Shown: positions 1 to 9,132 of the stretch, piece after piece
Layout of the letters: each line of letters begins with the position of its first letter
Numbering within the stretch: the stretch's first letter is position 1
Assembly (NCBI GenBank): GCA_016875735.1
Contig: VGOW01000007.1
Coordinates: forward strand, 5,844 to 69,843
Source: Chloroflexota bacterium
GTDB taxonomy: Bacteria; Chloroflexota; Anaerolineae; Anaerolineales; VGOW01
Direction: 5' to 3'
DNA: 64,000 nucleotides
Notes under the pieces: generated by a model
Told to the model about the DNA's origin: nothing
The model's database searches: none
What the model saw: the letters and a program-made list of their open reading frames with translations, nothing else
Program-made: the position numbers and the translations under genes

Positions 1-303
1 GCTCGACGCCGAAGCGGGCGCGGGCGTGGAAACGGGTGTGTTGCCGGTGATGGTCGGCGCGGCGGGGGCGGCTCCCCCGCCGGGAATGATCAACTGCTGT
101 CCGACGAAAATCGTCGTGCCGCTTAATCCATTCGCCGATTGAATCGCCGCGACGGTCGTGCCGCAGTTGAGCGCAATGCGATAGAGCGTGTCGCCGCGTT
201 GAACGGTGTGCGGCGAGGCGCACGCGGCGAGGGTGGGGGCCGCCTGCCCGGCGCACAACGCGATGATGAACAGCGCAGTGGCGATGCGAGTGAGTCTGAT
301 CAT
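1..303 (-). CDS. LysM-domain secreted protein (partial; C-terminus lies off the left edge)
   Basis: Not in the ORF track because it runs off the edge. Hand translation from ATG 303..301 gives MIRLTRIATALFIIALCAGQAAPTLAACASPHTVQRGDTLYRIALNCGTTVAAIQSANGLSGTTIFVGQQLIIPGG. This is a signal peptide followed by a canonical LysM motif. Confidence 0.75.
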   Translation of the reverse strand, partial: MIRLTRIATALFIIALCAGQAAPTLAACASPHTVQRGDTLYRIALNCGTTVAAIQSANGLSGTTIFVGQQLIIPGGGAAPAAPTITGNTPVSTPAPASASS

Positions 304-370
304 GATCCGATCTCCTTCAGACTCATTATAGAGGGGCGAGCAGAGCCTCAATGATAGGAGATCGGTCAGG

Positions 371-1162
371 CTAGCGCGCGAGCCAGTTTTTGATTTCGGA
401 GTCGAAGAGGAGGAGCGCCACCGCGCCAATGACGAGGAACGGGCCATAGGGGATGGCGGTGAATAGGTTGTATCGGCGGCGAAGAAAAGCGATGAGGAGG
501 TACAGCGATGCGCCAATGCCGCCGCACACGACGGCGATGAAAAGCGCGACGACGATGCCCGACCACCCGACCGCCAGCCCGATCACACCCGCCAGATTCA
601 CATCGCCGCCGCCGAAAGGAATCTCGGCGAGCGGCTGGCCGCGCAGTCGTCCGGCGATTGCGCCGAACGCCCAGCCGAAAAGATAGATGGCGTACACAAC
701 GGCAAAGCCCACCGCGCCGCCGACGAGAACTTTGGAAAGTTCGCGCTCTGCGCCGAAGAGGCTGTAGAGCGCGGCGATGAGCGCGGCGGGGAAAACGGTG
801 ACGTACAGAATCAGCCGGTGTTCGAGATCGATGACGGTGATGAGCAGAAGGCACTCAAGCAGCAGCGAAAGCAATCCGAATTTGACCGTGAGGCCGAACC
901 GCTCGAAGAGATAAACCAGCATCGCCGCCGAGGCAATCTCTACAACGACTCGCCGCCACTGCATCGGCGCATCGCATTGGGCGCACCGCCAACGCCGCAC
1001 AACGAGCGCGAACAGCCCGACCCATTGCGAACGGTGGTACGGGAAACCGCAGTGGTGGCAATGCGGCGCGAGAGGGCGAACGCGCTGAGGCAAATCGTCG
1101 GCGAGGCTGTTGATGATCAGCCCGGCGAAGAGGCCAGCGACGATGAGGGCAAATTGAATCAT
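371..1162 (-). CDS. Prepilin (type IV leader) peptidase, A24 family
   Basis: ORF 371..1273. Multi-TM protein with a Cys-rich box (HCHHCG...RCAQCD) and a GGGDVNLAG-type motif typical of PilD-like peptidases. Start moved to the internal Met (MIQFALIVAGLF, TM1) because the upstream 37 codons are repeat-derived sequence. Confidence 0.8.
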   Translation of the reverse strand: MIQFALIVAGLFAGLIINSLADDLPQRVRPLAPHCHHCGFPYHRSQWVGLFALVVRRWRCAQCDAPMQWRRVVVEIASAAMLVYLFERFGLTVKFGLLSLLLECLLLITVIDLEHRLILYVTVFPAALIAALYSLFGAERELSKVLVGGAVGFAVVYAIYLFGWAFGAIAGRLRGQPLAEIPFGGGDVNLAGVIGLAVGWSGIVVALFIAVVCGGIGASLYLLIAFLRRRYNLFTAIPYGPFLVIGAVALLLFDSEIKNWLAR

Positions 1163-1194
1163 GCGCGAGATTTTCAGTAGATCACGAAGCAAGG

Positions 1195-1262
1195 AGCGCT
1201 CAGAGCGAAGCCGCATCCTTCGACTACGGCGCGAATAACACGCGTCTTCTCTCAGGATGCTT
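1195..1262. repeat. Half-copy of the long palindromic repeat seen at 39626..39737
   Basis: ccgcatccttcgactacgg (1211..1229) matches ccgcatccttcgactgcgg (39688..39706) at 18/19. Flanking similarity extends about 60 nt (gaa.ccgcatccttcgact.cggcg.gaa.aac...ctcagg). Confidence 0.55.
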
Positions 1263-1304
1263 TTGCGATCCATTGATTATAGACTGATATGCTAGAATCG
1301 CGGC

Positions 1305-2144
1305 ATGGCTCAGTCTGCAACTCCGGTGAGCAGCTTCCCCGACCGTGACCGTTTGAGCGTGGTGACGGCGGTGATCGTGCTGGCCTATGCGCTGGCGCGG
1401 TTCGTGGAGATTCCGTCGAGGGAATTCACCGCGACTCTCTTCGGCTCATCCATCGGCGTTGAACTGAACGGCCAAGTGGCGCTGTTGTTGATGATCGCCG
1501 CGCTGATCAGCACCGGCTCGGAAACGTTGATCCGCAGTCACCCCCGGGCCGAGAGCGGATACGGGCGCAACGCCCTGCATTGGATTCTGCCGGGGGCCGC
1601 TTCGCTGGCGCTGGGGCTTTGGCTCAATCTCGCGCCCATCGGGCCGGTGTGGTGGTTGGGGCTGGCCCTCAGCGCGTTTCTGCTCGTCCTCGTGCTAGTC
1701 GCCGAATACACGGTGGTCGATCCGAACGATCCGGCGTACCGCGCCGCCGCGCTCGGCCTCACGGCGCTCACCTTCATCGTCGCGCTGGCGCTGTTCGGCT
1801 GGATTCGTTTCACTGGCGCGCGCGCCGCGCTTTCGGCGACAGCCACTGCGTTTCTTTCCGCATTACTGGCTTTGCGTTTGCTCATGCTCAACGGCGGCGC
1901 GTTCGGGCGCAGCGCCCTCTATTCGGGCGTTGTGGGGTTTGTGCTGGCGCAAGCCATGTGGGCGCTGAACTATTGGCGAGTGACTCCCACCGGAGCGGGC
2001 CTGCTGTTGCTCGTTCTGTTTTATGTGGCGCAAGGGCTGGCGCAACAGCACCTCGTCGGGCAACTCACGCGCCGCGCGCTGATTGAGTTCGGCGTCGTCG
2101 GCCTCATCGGCGCAGTGATCGCGCTCAGTTTGGCGAGGCCATAA
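1305..2144 (+). CDS. Polytopic membrane protein, unknown function
   Basis: 279-aa ORF with several long hydrophobic segments. It is divergent from the peptidase gene and followed by a strong terminator. No recognisable catalytic motif. Confidence 0.55.
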   Translation: MAQSATPVSSFPDRDRLSVVTAVIVLAYALARFVEIPSREFTATLFGSSIGVELNGQVALLLMIAALISTGSETLIRSHPRAESGYGRNALHWILPGAASLALGLWLNLAPIGPVWWLGLALSAFLLVLVLVAEYTVVDPNDPAYRAAALGLTALTFIVALALFGWIRFTGARAALSATATAFLSALLALRLLMLNGGAFGRSALYSGVVGFVLAQAMWALNYWRVTPTGAGLLLLVLFYVAQGLAQQHLVGQLTRRALIEFGVVGLIGAVIALSLARP

Positions 2145-2155
2145 AAGGCAAAACC

Positions 2156-2192
2156 ATCCGGCTCTTCACAAAAATGAGGAGCCGGATTTTTG
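2156..2192. terminator. Bidirectional intrinsic terminator
   Basis: ATCCGGCTCTTCA-CAAAAA-TGAGGAGCCGGAT forms a 13-bp stem with one G.U pair. It is followed by TTTTTG on the plus strand and preceded by AAAAC, which gives a T-run on the minus strand. It sits between convergent genes ending at 2144 and 2195. Confidence 0.7.
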
Positions 2193-2194
2193 AT

Positions 2195-2455
2195 TCACGG
2201 TGTTGCGGGCGCGGGGGCCTGACCGGGCGTGGGAGAGGGCGGGGAGACCGAAGTGGGTTCGGGGGTGGGAGACGATGTGGCGGTTGGGGCGAGGGTGGGA
2301 GGCGGCAACAACGTAGGCGTGGGCGGTTGTTGAAACGAGAGATCAGAAAGCAACGGCGAGAGCAACATGCTCAGCACCACCACGATTCCGAGAAACGCCA
2401 ACAGTTTCGATTGGCGTGACATCGGCTTGTTGGCCCGGTAAGATTTCTTGCTCAT
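2195..2455 (-). CDS. Small membrane-anchored Pro/Thr-rich protein
   Basis: 86-aa ORF lying 19 nt downstream of plsY on the same strand. It has one TM helix (LLAFLGIVVVLSMLLSPLL) and then a PT-rich tail. No homology recognised. Confidence 0.4.
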   Translation of the reverse strand: MSKKSYRANKPMSRQSKLLAFLGIVVVLSMLLSPLLSDLSFQQPPTPTLLPPPTLAPTATSSPTPEPTSVSPPSPTPGQAPAPATP

Positions 2456-2474
2456 CGCCGCGATTATAACACCG

Positions 2475-3206
2475 TCACTTGTTTTGGCCGCCCGACTGCG
2501 CGGCTAACTTGGCCTCGCGCCGTTTGGCTCGCCAGCCAATCAGCCGCTCGGTGCCGTTCATGAGCCGCTGAATGTTGGGGCGCAGCGCCCACACCTGCAA
2601 AACAAAAATAATGATGCCATACGCCACGTATTCCCACGGGCCGCCAAAGTAAATCGCGCGCACGGCAAAAATAACGGTGGCGATCAGCCCGGCCGACAGG
2701 GTGGCCACCGAAGCATAGCCCACGCCAAAAAGGATGAGCGCGCCGACGGGCACGATGATCAGCCAGCTCCAGCCCCACAACCCGCTGGCCGCTCCCACCG
2801 AAGGGGCGCCGCCAGCCCCGCCCCCGAACTTCAACCGGGTGCGGCCAGTCTCGTCGGTGACGCGCTCGGCGAGAAACAGCGAATAGTTATGGCCGACCAC
2901 CGACATGGCGCCCGCGATCACTTCGGCCCAATGCCCGCCGCCGGTGAGGGTGCGCGCCAGCACAACCGCGAATGTGCCTTTGAGAATATCGAGCAGAGCC
3001 GTGAGCAGGCCGGCGCTAATGCCCGCCGCGCGCATGGCATTGGTGCCGCCGGTGCGGCCACTGCCCACCTCGCGCACATCCTTGCCCGACATCACCCGCA
3101 CGATGATCACCCCGAACGGTATCGAGCCGAGAAAATAGGCGACCACCACCGATACCACTGCAAGCACAACGCTCATGAATACCCTCCGCAAAAATGTATT
3201 CGTCAC
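2475..3206 (-). CDS. plsY: Glycerol-3-phosphate acyltransferase PlsY
   Basis: GSIPFGVIIVRVMSGKDVREVGSGRTGGTNAMRAAG matches the PlsY signature (GSIP...G.D.R..GSGN.GATN) in a polytopic membrane protein. Confidence 0.9.
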   Translation of the reverse strand: MTNTFLRRVFMSVVLAVVSVVVAYFLGSIPFGVIIVRVMSGKDVREVGSGRTGGTNAMRAAGISAGLLTALLDILKGTFAVVLARTLTGGGHWAEVIAGAMSVVGHNYSLFLAERVTDETGRTRLKFGGGAGGAPSVGAASGLWGWSWLIIVPVGALILFGVGYASVATLSAGLIATVIFAVRAIYFGGPWEYVAYGIIIFVLQVWALRPNIQRLMNGTERLIGWRAKRREAKLAAQSGGQNK

Positions 3207-3243
3207 CCTGCACGGAGTTTAACCCTCACTGCCGCGTTGGGTT

Positions 3244-3642
3244 TCACTTTTCGATCCGCAAATCGATTTCGCGCGCCGCGCCGTCCCTGATCTCGAACGC
3301 CCGCGCCTGCCACCCGCCCTCGCCGGGCGAACAGATAATGTAGGCCGAGTCCGGGTAATAGGCTTCGGCGATGTCCGTCGCCGAGGGAGTCGGCGGCCCG
3401 GCAGGGTGCGAGTGAAAGATGCCCATCAGTTCCCAACCCCGATCCTCGATCTCGATCAGGGTGCGGATCAGTTCGCCCGGCTCCATCGAAAAGCGTGTGG
3501 GGCTTGCATCCGCGTTGGACACACAATACACGGCCAACGTTTGGCCGACTTTCCCGCCGAGCAGGCCGCAGGCTTCGTTGGGCAATTGCGAATCAAGATG
3601 GGTCGTGATGGCTTGCCACTGCGCGGCAGTAAGTCCGATCAT
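3244..3642 (-). CDS. JAMM/MPN+ metalloprotease-family protein
   Basis: JAMM motif HSHPAGPPTPSATD plus the upstream E (NEACGLL). Start moved to MIGLTAAQW (Met20 of ORF 3244..3699). Confidence 0.8.
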   Translation of the reverse strand: MIGLTAAQWQAITTHLDSQLPNEACGLLGGKVGQTLAVYCVSNADASPTRFSMEPGELIRTLIEIEDRGWELMGIFHSHPAGPPTPSATDIAEAYYPDSAYIICSPGEGGWQARAFEIRDGAAREIDLRIEK

Positions 3643-3732
3643 TAGAGAACGATTATACCCCTTTGACCCATGTGATCTTTCCGAGTAAGATTCTCGCAAG
3701 CATACTCGTCTAAGTCAAAGAGTTGGAGTTCG

Positions 3733-4797
3733 ATGGTTCGCAAATTTACTCGGCGTGAGTTTCTCAAGTTATCGTCTATCGCCGTCGGCGCGGCGGCTCT
3801 GCCCACCCTGCCGCCCGCCGATCTGCGGCTCGGCCCGACTCTCACCCGGCTGGGCCGGGTGACGATCACTAAAGCGCAGGTGATGGATCGGCCCAACCGT
3901 TTGGCGGCTCGGCTGGGTTTCAAAGATCGCGACAGCATTCTGGAAATTTATCGCGCCGTCGTCGGCGAGGGATTCTTCCCGCACAATCACGTGTGGTTCG
4001 AGATCCCGGAAGGTTTCATTTATTCGTCGCTCGTTCAGCCGGTGAAGAACGAGCCGCAGACTCCGCTGGCCGCTCTTCCCGGCGACGGCTTCTACGGAGA
4101 ACTCAGCGTCCCCTATTCGGATGCGCGCGCCGCCGCCGATCCCAAAGCCGAGATCGTGTACCGTCTCTATTACAGCGCGGTGTTCAAGATCGATAAGATC
4201 GCCACAGCCAGTGATGGCAGTGTTTGGTATCACGTTGAGGATGATCAGAACAGCCACTATTGGGCTGAGGGCAGGCATGTGCGTCTCGTTCAGCCGGATG
4301 AGATAGGGCCGATTTCGCCGAACGCCGCCGAGAAGCGCGTGATCGCTAACGTGGAAACGAACTGGCTTTCGGCGTACGAAGGCAAGACCGAAGTCTTCCG
4401 CACTCGCATTGCTTCGGGCGCAACGTTTTTCGATCCAAGCGGCGGCGAGGGAGTCACCCTCACGCCGGGCGGCGCGCACCCTATTCATTGGAAGCGCATC
4501 TCACGGCACATGGCCGGCGGCGTCACCCCCAACGGCTACGATTTGCCGGGCGTGGCGTGGGTGTCGTATTTTTCTGGCGGCGCGTCCATTCATTCGACGT
4601 ATTGGCACAACGATTACGGCCGGCCGCGCTCGCACGGTTGCCTCAACTGCACGCCCGAAGCGGCCAAGTGGCTGTTCCGGTGGACCACGCCGGTGGTGGA
4701 TTACACGGTGGGCGATATTCATGTGGAGTGGCCGGGCGGCACGCGGGTCGAGATCAAAGGATCGCCGCCGCCGCTGAACAGCGACTCTGGAGGCTGA
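3733..4797 (+). CDS. L,D-transpeptidase (YkuD family) with Tat signal
   Basis: Twin-arginine signal TRREFLKLSSIAVGAAALP. YkuD catalytic motif HSTYWHNDYGRPRSHGCLNC near the C-terminus. Confidence 0.85.
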   Translation: MVRKFTRREFLKLSSIAVGAAALPTLPPADLRLGPTLTRLGRVTITKAQVMDRPNRLAARLGFKDRDSILEIYRAVVGEGFFPHNHVWFEIPEGFIYSSLVQPVKNEPQTPLAALPGDGFYGELSVPYSDARAAADPKAEIVYRLYYSAVFKIDKIATASDGSVWYHVEDDQNSHYWAEGRHVRLVQPDEIGPISPNAAEKRVIANVETNWLSAYEGKTEVFRTRIASGATFFDPSGGEGVTLTPGGAHPIHWKRISRHMAGGVTPNGYDLPGVAWVSYFSGGASIHSTYWHNDYGRPRSHGCLNCTPEAAKWLFRWTTPVVDYTVGDIHVEWPGGTRVEIKGSPPPLNSDSGG

Positions 4798-4804
4798 CTC
4801 TTTT

Positions 4805-5581
4805 ATGGACGCAAGCAGCATTTCGCTGGGGTTGGCAGTGCTGGCTGGCATGGCCTCGTTCCTTTCGCCGTGCGTGCTGTCGCTCGTCCCCGCATACATC
4901 GGCTATCTCGGCGGGCGGGGAGTTACAGCCAGCGGAGCGAACGCCGTGGGCGGCGTGCAAACCGCCTCGAACCGTTGGCTCACCTTCACGCACGGGCTGG
5001 CCTTCGTCTCCGGATTCAGTTTCGTGTTCATCTTTCTCGGCATCTCGGCCGGCCTGCTCGGCATGGTATTCGGGCAAGCCAGTTTTCAACTCAACGGCGT
5101 CGTTTACGATCTGCGCGACATCGTCGCCAAAGTGGGCGGGCTGGTGGTCATCGTCTTCGGCCTTCACACTATGGGCGTCATCACCATTCCCTTCCTCGAA
5201 TACGACACGCGCAAACAAGCCGACATCAGCCCCAACATCAGTTATCTTTCGTCGGCGATGATGGGCGTGTTCTTCTCAGCGGGATGGTCGCCGTGTGTGG
5301 GGCCGGTGCTCGGCGCACTGCTCACCCTGGCCCTCACCGCCGAGGGCGTGGGCCGCGCCGCGTGGCTGCTCAGCGGCTACTCGCTGGGGCTGGCGATTCC
5401 GTTTCTCATCGCCGCCTTCGCCATTGGCGAAATGACCAACGTCATCCGCCGCTACCGAAAATACACGCGCTACGTTTCCATCGCCACCGGCGCTGTGCTG
5501 GTCATCGTCGGCGTCCTTCTGCTCTCCGGCGCACTGCAACGACTCGCCGGACTCGGATCGTTCATCGATTTCGGAATCTAA
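4805..5581 (+). CDS. ccdA: Cytochrome c biogenesis / thiol-disulfide transfer membrane protein CcdA (DsbD-core family)
   Basis: Polytopic protein with the two conserved Cys-containing helices (FLSPCVLSLVPAYIGYLGG and FSAGWSPCVGPVLGA). Confidence 0.85.
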   Translation: MDASSISLGLAVLAGMASFLSPCVLSLVPAYIGYLGGRGVTASGANAVGGVQTASNRWLTFTHGLAFVSGFSFVFIFLGISAGLLGMVFGQASFQLNGVVYDLRDIVAKVGGLVVIVFGLHTMGVITIPFLEYDTRKQADISPNISYLSSAMMGVFFSAGWSPCVGPVLGALLTLALTAEGVGRAAWLLSGYSLGLAIPFLIAAFAIGEMTNVIRRYRKYTRYVSIATGAVLVIVGVLLLSGALQRLAGLGSFIDFGI

Positions 5582-5584
5582 GAA

Positions 5585-6157
5585 ATGGAAACCGGCGACT
5601 CGACACGCGCCACACTGCTCATTCTCGGCGGCGGCCTGCTGATCGGGTTGACGATTGGCGCGCTCGTCCTCTTCGGCTTCCCCTCACTGCCGCCCGCCAC
5701 TGCGGGGGGAACGGCCTCGGGTGGGACGGCGGCTCCGTACACCGGCTCGCCCGCCCCCGACTTCACCCTCGAAAACATCAGCGGGCAAAAGATCACCCTG
5801 AGCAAATTGAAGGGCAAGCCGGTGCTAATCAATTTTTGGGCCACGTGGTGCGGCCCGTGCCGCATCGAAATGCCGGCCATCGAAGCCGCGCGCCAAAAAT
5901 ACAAAAGCGAAGGGCTCACCGTTCTCGCGGTGGGCGCCGACGAGCCATTGAAGGATGTGACTGCCTTCGTGAACGAGCTGGGGCTGACGTTCGAGGTGCT
6001 GATGGATCCCGGCCTCACCGTCAACGACATGTATCGCATTCAAGCCTACCCCACCAGTTTTTTCATCGGGCGCGACGGCGTGATCGCCTCTCTGCAAATC
6101 GGCTTGATGTCCGAGTCTCAACTCGAAGAAAATCTGGCGAAGATTTTGGCGAAATGA
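5585..6157 (+). CDS. TlpA/ResA-like membrane-anchored thioredoxin-fold thiol:disulfide oxidoreductase
   Basis: N-terminal TM anchor followed by a thioredoxin fold with NFWATWCGPC active site. It lies directly after ccdA. Confidence 0.85.
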   Translation: METGDSTRATLLILGGGLLIGLTIGALVLFGFPSLPPATAGGTASGGTAAPYTGSPAPDFTLENISGQKITLSKLKGKPVLINFWATWCGPCRIEMPAIEAARQKYKSEGLTVLAVGADEPLKDVTAFVNELGLTFEVLMDPGLTVNDMYRIQAYPTSFFIGRDGVIASLQIGLMSESQLEENLAKILAK

Positions 6158-6420
6158 TCGCCGTGACTCTGTATACCAAACCCGGCTGTGAGTTGTGCCG
6201 CGAAGCGCGGGACGAGTTGGGCGCTCTCGCCGCCGAGTATCCGCACCGCGTCGCCGAAGTGAACATCCTCGACGACGCGAAACTCTTCGAGCGATACAAA
6301 CACAGCATCCCCGTCGTGGTCATCGGCGAAACGCGGCTCGTCTATCCATTCTCATCGCTCGATCTCCGCGCCGCCCTCCACTCCAACTCTCGACTCGACC
6401 TCCCCGCACATGACCCCTAA
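6154..6420 (+). CDS. Glutaredoxin-like small protein (DUF836/Grx2-like)
   Basis: This is the only credible part of the 516-aa alternate-frame ORF 4870..6420. MIAVTLYTKPGCELCREARDEL has a CxxC motif. ATG 6154 overlaps the upstream TGA (ATGA coupling). Confidence 0.7.
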   Translation: MIAVTLYTKPGCELCREARDELGALAAEYPHRVAEVNILDDAKLFERYKHSIPVVVIGETRLVYPFSSLDLRAALHSNSRLDLPAHDP

Positions 6421-7132
6421 ACCCGTCACTGGCCGCCAACGCGATTTCGTCATCTGGCTCGACAAACAAATATACGCTTTCGCCAAACACTGGCTGGCCG
6501 TGTTCAACGTCGTGGTGCTCATTTACGTGGGCCTGCCCTTCGTCGCTCCGGCGTTGATGAAAGCCGGGCTGACCGCGCCCGCCAATTGGATCTACACCGC
6601 CTACTCTCCGCTCTGCCATCAATTCGCGTTTCGTTCGTGGTTTCTCTTCGGGCCCAAAGCCTATTACGAATCCGCCGAGTTTCAACAACTCACCGGCATC
6701 GATCCCTACGATCTCGTTCAGCGGTGGGCGGCGAAAACTTTCGTGGGCAACGAGGCGATGGGATTCAAAGTGGCCTATTGTGAGCGCGATGTTGCCATTT
6801 ACGGCGCAATTTTCGTCGCCGGGCTGATCTTCGCCGCCGCGCGCGCGCGGGGCTACCGAATCAAACCCGTCCATTGGATCATTTACGGCATCATCGGCAT
6901 CGGCCCCATTGCCCTCGACGGCTTCAGCCAACTGCTCTCGCAACCGCCATTCCACTTGTGGGCCTTGCGCGAAAGCACTCCCCTGCTCCGCACCCTCACC
7001 GGCTTCCTCTTCGGCGCAATGAACGTGTGGTTGGCGTATCCGTACGTCGAAGAATCGTTCGGCGAAATCAAGATCGAACTTGAGGCGAAGTTGTCGCGGA
7101 TCGGAGTGTTGAAAATGGCGAATGATAGATGA
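6410..7132 (+). CDS. DUF2085 family membrane protein
   Basis: YSPLCHQFAFRSWFLFG and YCERDVAIYGAIF match the DUF2085 pattern (CHQ..RS...C.RC.G.Y) in a multi-TM protein. Confidence 0.75.
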   Translation: MTPKPVTGRQRDFVIWLDKQIYAFAKHWLAVFNVVVLIYVGLPFVAPALMKAGLTAPANWIYTAYSPLCHQFAFRSWFLFGPKAYYESAEFQQLTGIDPYDLVQRWAAKTFVGNEAMGFKVAYCERDVAIYGAIFVAGLIFAAARARGYRIKPVHWIIYGIIGIGPIALDGFSQLLSQPPFHLWALRESTPLLRTLTGFLFGAMNVWLAYPYVEESFGEIKIELEAKLSRIGVLKMANDR

Positions 7133-7153
7133 CCGCTTCGCGTGACGAAGCAG

Positions 7154-7216
7154 ATTCGTCCTTCGTCCTTCGTCCTTCGTCTTTCATCCTTCTTCCTTCC
7201 TCCTTCATCCTTCCAT
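7154..7216. repeat. Tandem degenerate heptamer array (CTTCGTC-like, 9 units) abutting the pgeF start codon
   Basis: attcgtc cttcgtc cttcgtc cttcgtc tttcatc cttcttc cttcctc cttcatc cttccat. The upstream GACGAAG (7144..7150) is complementary to the units. Confidence 0.8.
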
Positions 7217-7991
7217 GCGCGCCCACACCGCCAACGGCCTCACTTTCTTCACCTTCGAGTCGTTCCCCAACGGCTCGCTCACGCACGCCATCTTTGCCCG
7301 CGCGGGCGGCGTCAGCCCTCAGCCGTGGGCCTCGCTCAACATGAGCATCAGCACCGGCGACTCGCTGGAGAACACTCGCGCCAATCGCGCCCGCGCCTTC
7401 GACGCGCTCGGCCTGCCCTTCGACAGCATGGCCGATGTGTGGCAGGTTCACGGAGTGGAAACGGTTCGCGCCGACGAGCCGCGCGGAGGCCGCGACCCGA
7501 TCAAAGCCGATGGGTTGATCACCGATCGGCGCGGCGTGGCGCTCTTTCAACGCTTCGCCGACTGCGCGCCGATTCTGCTCTTCGATCCGAAACGCCGCGC
7601 GCTCGGCATGGTTCATGCGGGCTGGCGCGGCGCGGTGAACCGGGCGGCGGCCTCCCCTGTGAAAACAATGATGGAATCGTATGGCAGTCGCCCCGCGGAT
7701 CTCATCGCCGGGATCGGCCCGTGCATCGGCCCCGATCATTACGAAGTGGGCCCCGAAGTGGCGGATGCCGTCCGCCGATCCTTCCCCAACGCCGACGAAT
7801 TGCTGATCACCCAAAACGGCAAAATCCATTTCGATCTGTGGGCCGCCAATGCGCGCGCACTGCGCGAAGCCGGAGTGGAACAGATCGAGATCGCCGGGCT
7901 GTGCACCGCCTGCCACACCGAGCATTTCTTTTCGCACCGCGCCGAGTCCGGGCGCACCGGGCGCTTCGGCGCAGTGATTGCGTTGAGATAG
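7215..7991 (+). CDS. pgeF: Peptidoglycan editing factor PgeF / YfiH (DUF152, laccase-domain protein)
   Basis: DCAPILLFDPKRRALGMVHAGWRG and C-terminal CTACHTEHFFSHR match YfiH-family conserved His/Cys motifs. Confidence 0.9.
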   Translation: MRAHTANGLTFFTFESFPNGSLTHAIFARAGGVSPQPWASLNMSISTGDSLENTRANRARAFDALGLPFDSMADVWQVHGVETVRADEPRGGRDPIKADGLITDRRGVALFQRFADCAPILLFDPKRRALGMVHAGWRGAVNRAAASPVKTMMESYGSRPADLIAGIGPCIGPDHYEVGPEVADAVRRSFPNADELLITQNGKIHFDLWAANARALREAGVEQIEIAGLCTACHTEHFFSHRAESGRTGRFGAVIALR

Positions 7992-7993
7992 GA

Positions 7994-8046
7994 TCCACGA
8001 AGGCGCACGAAGCCACATCAACATCCCCTTCGTGATCCTTCGTGGA
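7994..8046. repeat. Nested intercistronic hairpin between pgeF and yggS
   Basis: tccacgaagg (7994..8003) pairs perfectly with ccttcgtgga (8037..8046). An inner stem cacgaag/cttcgtg is also present. The hairpin starts 3 nt after the pgeF stop. Confidence 0.75.
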
Positions 8047-8058
8047 CTCAATGGCCGC

Positions 8059-8784
8059 ATGTCGTCGTTAGCCGATCGTTACTCACACACCCTCGACCGA
8101 ATCGCCTCCGCCGCCCGCCGCGCCGGGCGCAACCCCGAAAGCGTCAAACTCGTGGCCGTGTCCAAAGGGCGCGCGCTGGCCGACGTTTATGATCTGCACG
8201 CGCTCGGCCAGCGCGACTTCGGCGAGAACCGCGCCGAAGAGGGCGGTGATAAAATAAACGCCGCGCGCCGCGATCACAAAATGATCACGTGGCACATGAT
8301 CGGGCACGTACAGCGGCGCAAGGCTCGCGATGTGGTCGCCGATTTCGATTGGGTGCATTCGGTGGACGGCGTCCCGCTGAGTGAGCGATTGAATCGCGCC
8401 GCCGGAGAGATCGGGCGCAGACTGCCGATCCTGCTGGAGTGCAACGTCTCCGGCGAAGAGAGCAAATACGGGTTGGCCGCCCACCGCTGGGACTCCGACC
8501 CGGCCCAGTGGGAAGCGTTGTGCGCCATCGTCGGATCGATTCTCGCCCAACCGAATCTTCGCCTGCGCGGGCTGATGACGATGGCCCCCATCGTGCCCGA
8601 TCCGGAACTCGCCCGCCCCGTCTTCCGATCACTGCGCGCACTGCGGGATCGGTTTGCGGCGCAGTTTCCATCGGCGGAATGGGGCGAACTCTCGATGGGC
8701 ATGACCGACGATTTTGAAGTGGCAATCGAAGAAGGCGCGACCCTCGTGCGAATCGGGCGAGCCATCTTTCAACCGCAGGAATAA
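8059..8784 (+). CDS. yggS: YggS-family pyridoxal-phosphate homeostasis protein
   Basis: [10 protein letters not shown] (PLP Lys), [10 protein letters not shown] and C-terminal LVRIGRAIF are typical YggS motifs. Start set at MSSLADRY, downstream of the hairpin. Confidence 0.9.
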   Translation: MSSLADRYSHTLDRIASAARRAGRNPESVKLVAVSKGRALADVYDLHALGQRDFGENRAEEGGDKINAARRDHKMITWHMIGHVQRRKARDVVADFDWVHSVDGVPLSERLNRAAGEIGRRLPILLECNVSGEESKYGLAAHRWDSDPAQWEALCAIVGSILAQPNLRLRGLMTMAPIVPDPELARPVFRSLRALRDRFAAQFPSAEWGELSMGMTDDFEVAIEEGATLVRIGRAIFQPQE

Positions 8785-8786
8785 TC

Positions 8787-9062
8787 TTGGATATGGCAAA
8801 CACTCTTATCTCTCTGATCAATCTCGCCGCCACCGTTTTCTCTCTGCTCATTCTGGCGCGCGTGCTCTTCTCGTGGTTTCGCCCCGACCCGTACAACCCG
8901 GCGGTCAAATTCGTGTACGACGTGACCGAGCCGATCCTCGCCCCCATCCGAAACTTCCTGCCGCAGACGGGCATGATCGACCTCAGCCCGATGGTGGCCT
9001 GGCTGTTAGTTGATTTCATCATCGTGCCCATCCTCGTCACGTTGGTGCGCTCTTTGTTTTGA
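8787..9062 (+). CDS. yggT: YggT family membrane protein
   Basis: 91 aa with 2 TM helices. LILARVLFSWFRPDPYNPAVKFVYDVTEPILAPIRNFLP matches the YggT signature. Confidence 0.85.
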   Translation: MDMANTLISLINLAATVFSLLILARVLFSWFRPDPYNPAVKFVYDVTEPILAPIRNFLPQTGMIDLSPMVAWLLVDFIIVPILVTLVRSLF

Positions 9063-9132
9063 TATTACAATGTTCGCCACCGCGCGCCGTGCTACATTGA
9101 AACCGGTGTGGGTGAGTGATTTTGGGCTTCAT

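Noticed and set aside
4870-6420. 516-aa ORF, the longest plus-strand ORF in this region
   Set aside because: It is Arg/His/Pro-rich nonsense in an alternate frame of ccdA and the TlpA-like gene, both of which have clear motifs. Only its last 88 codons (6154..6420, glutaredoxin-like, CxxC) look real.
7068-8060. 330-aa minus-strand and 297-aa plus-strand ORFs overlapping pgeF
   Set aside because: The 258-aa frame carries the YfiH/PgeF motifs. The others are shadow ORFs whose ends are extended by the heptamer array (MKEEGRRMKDEGRR...).
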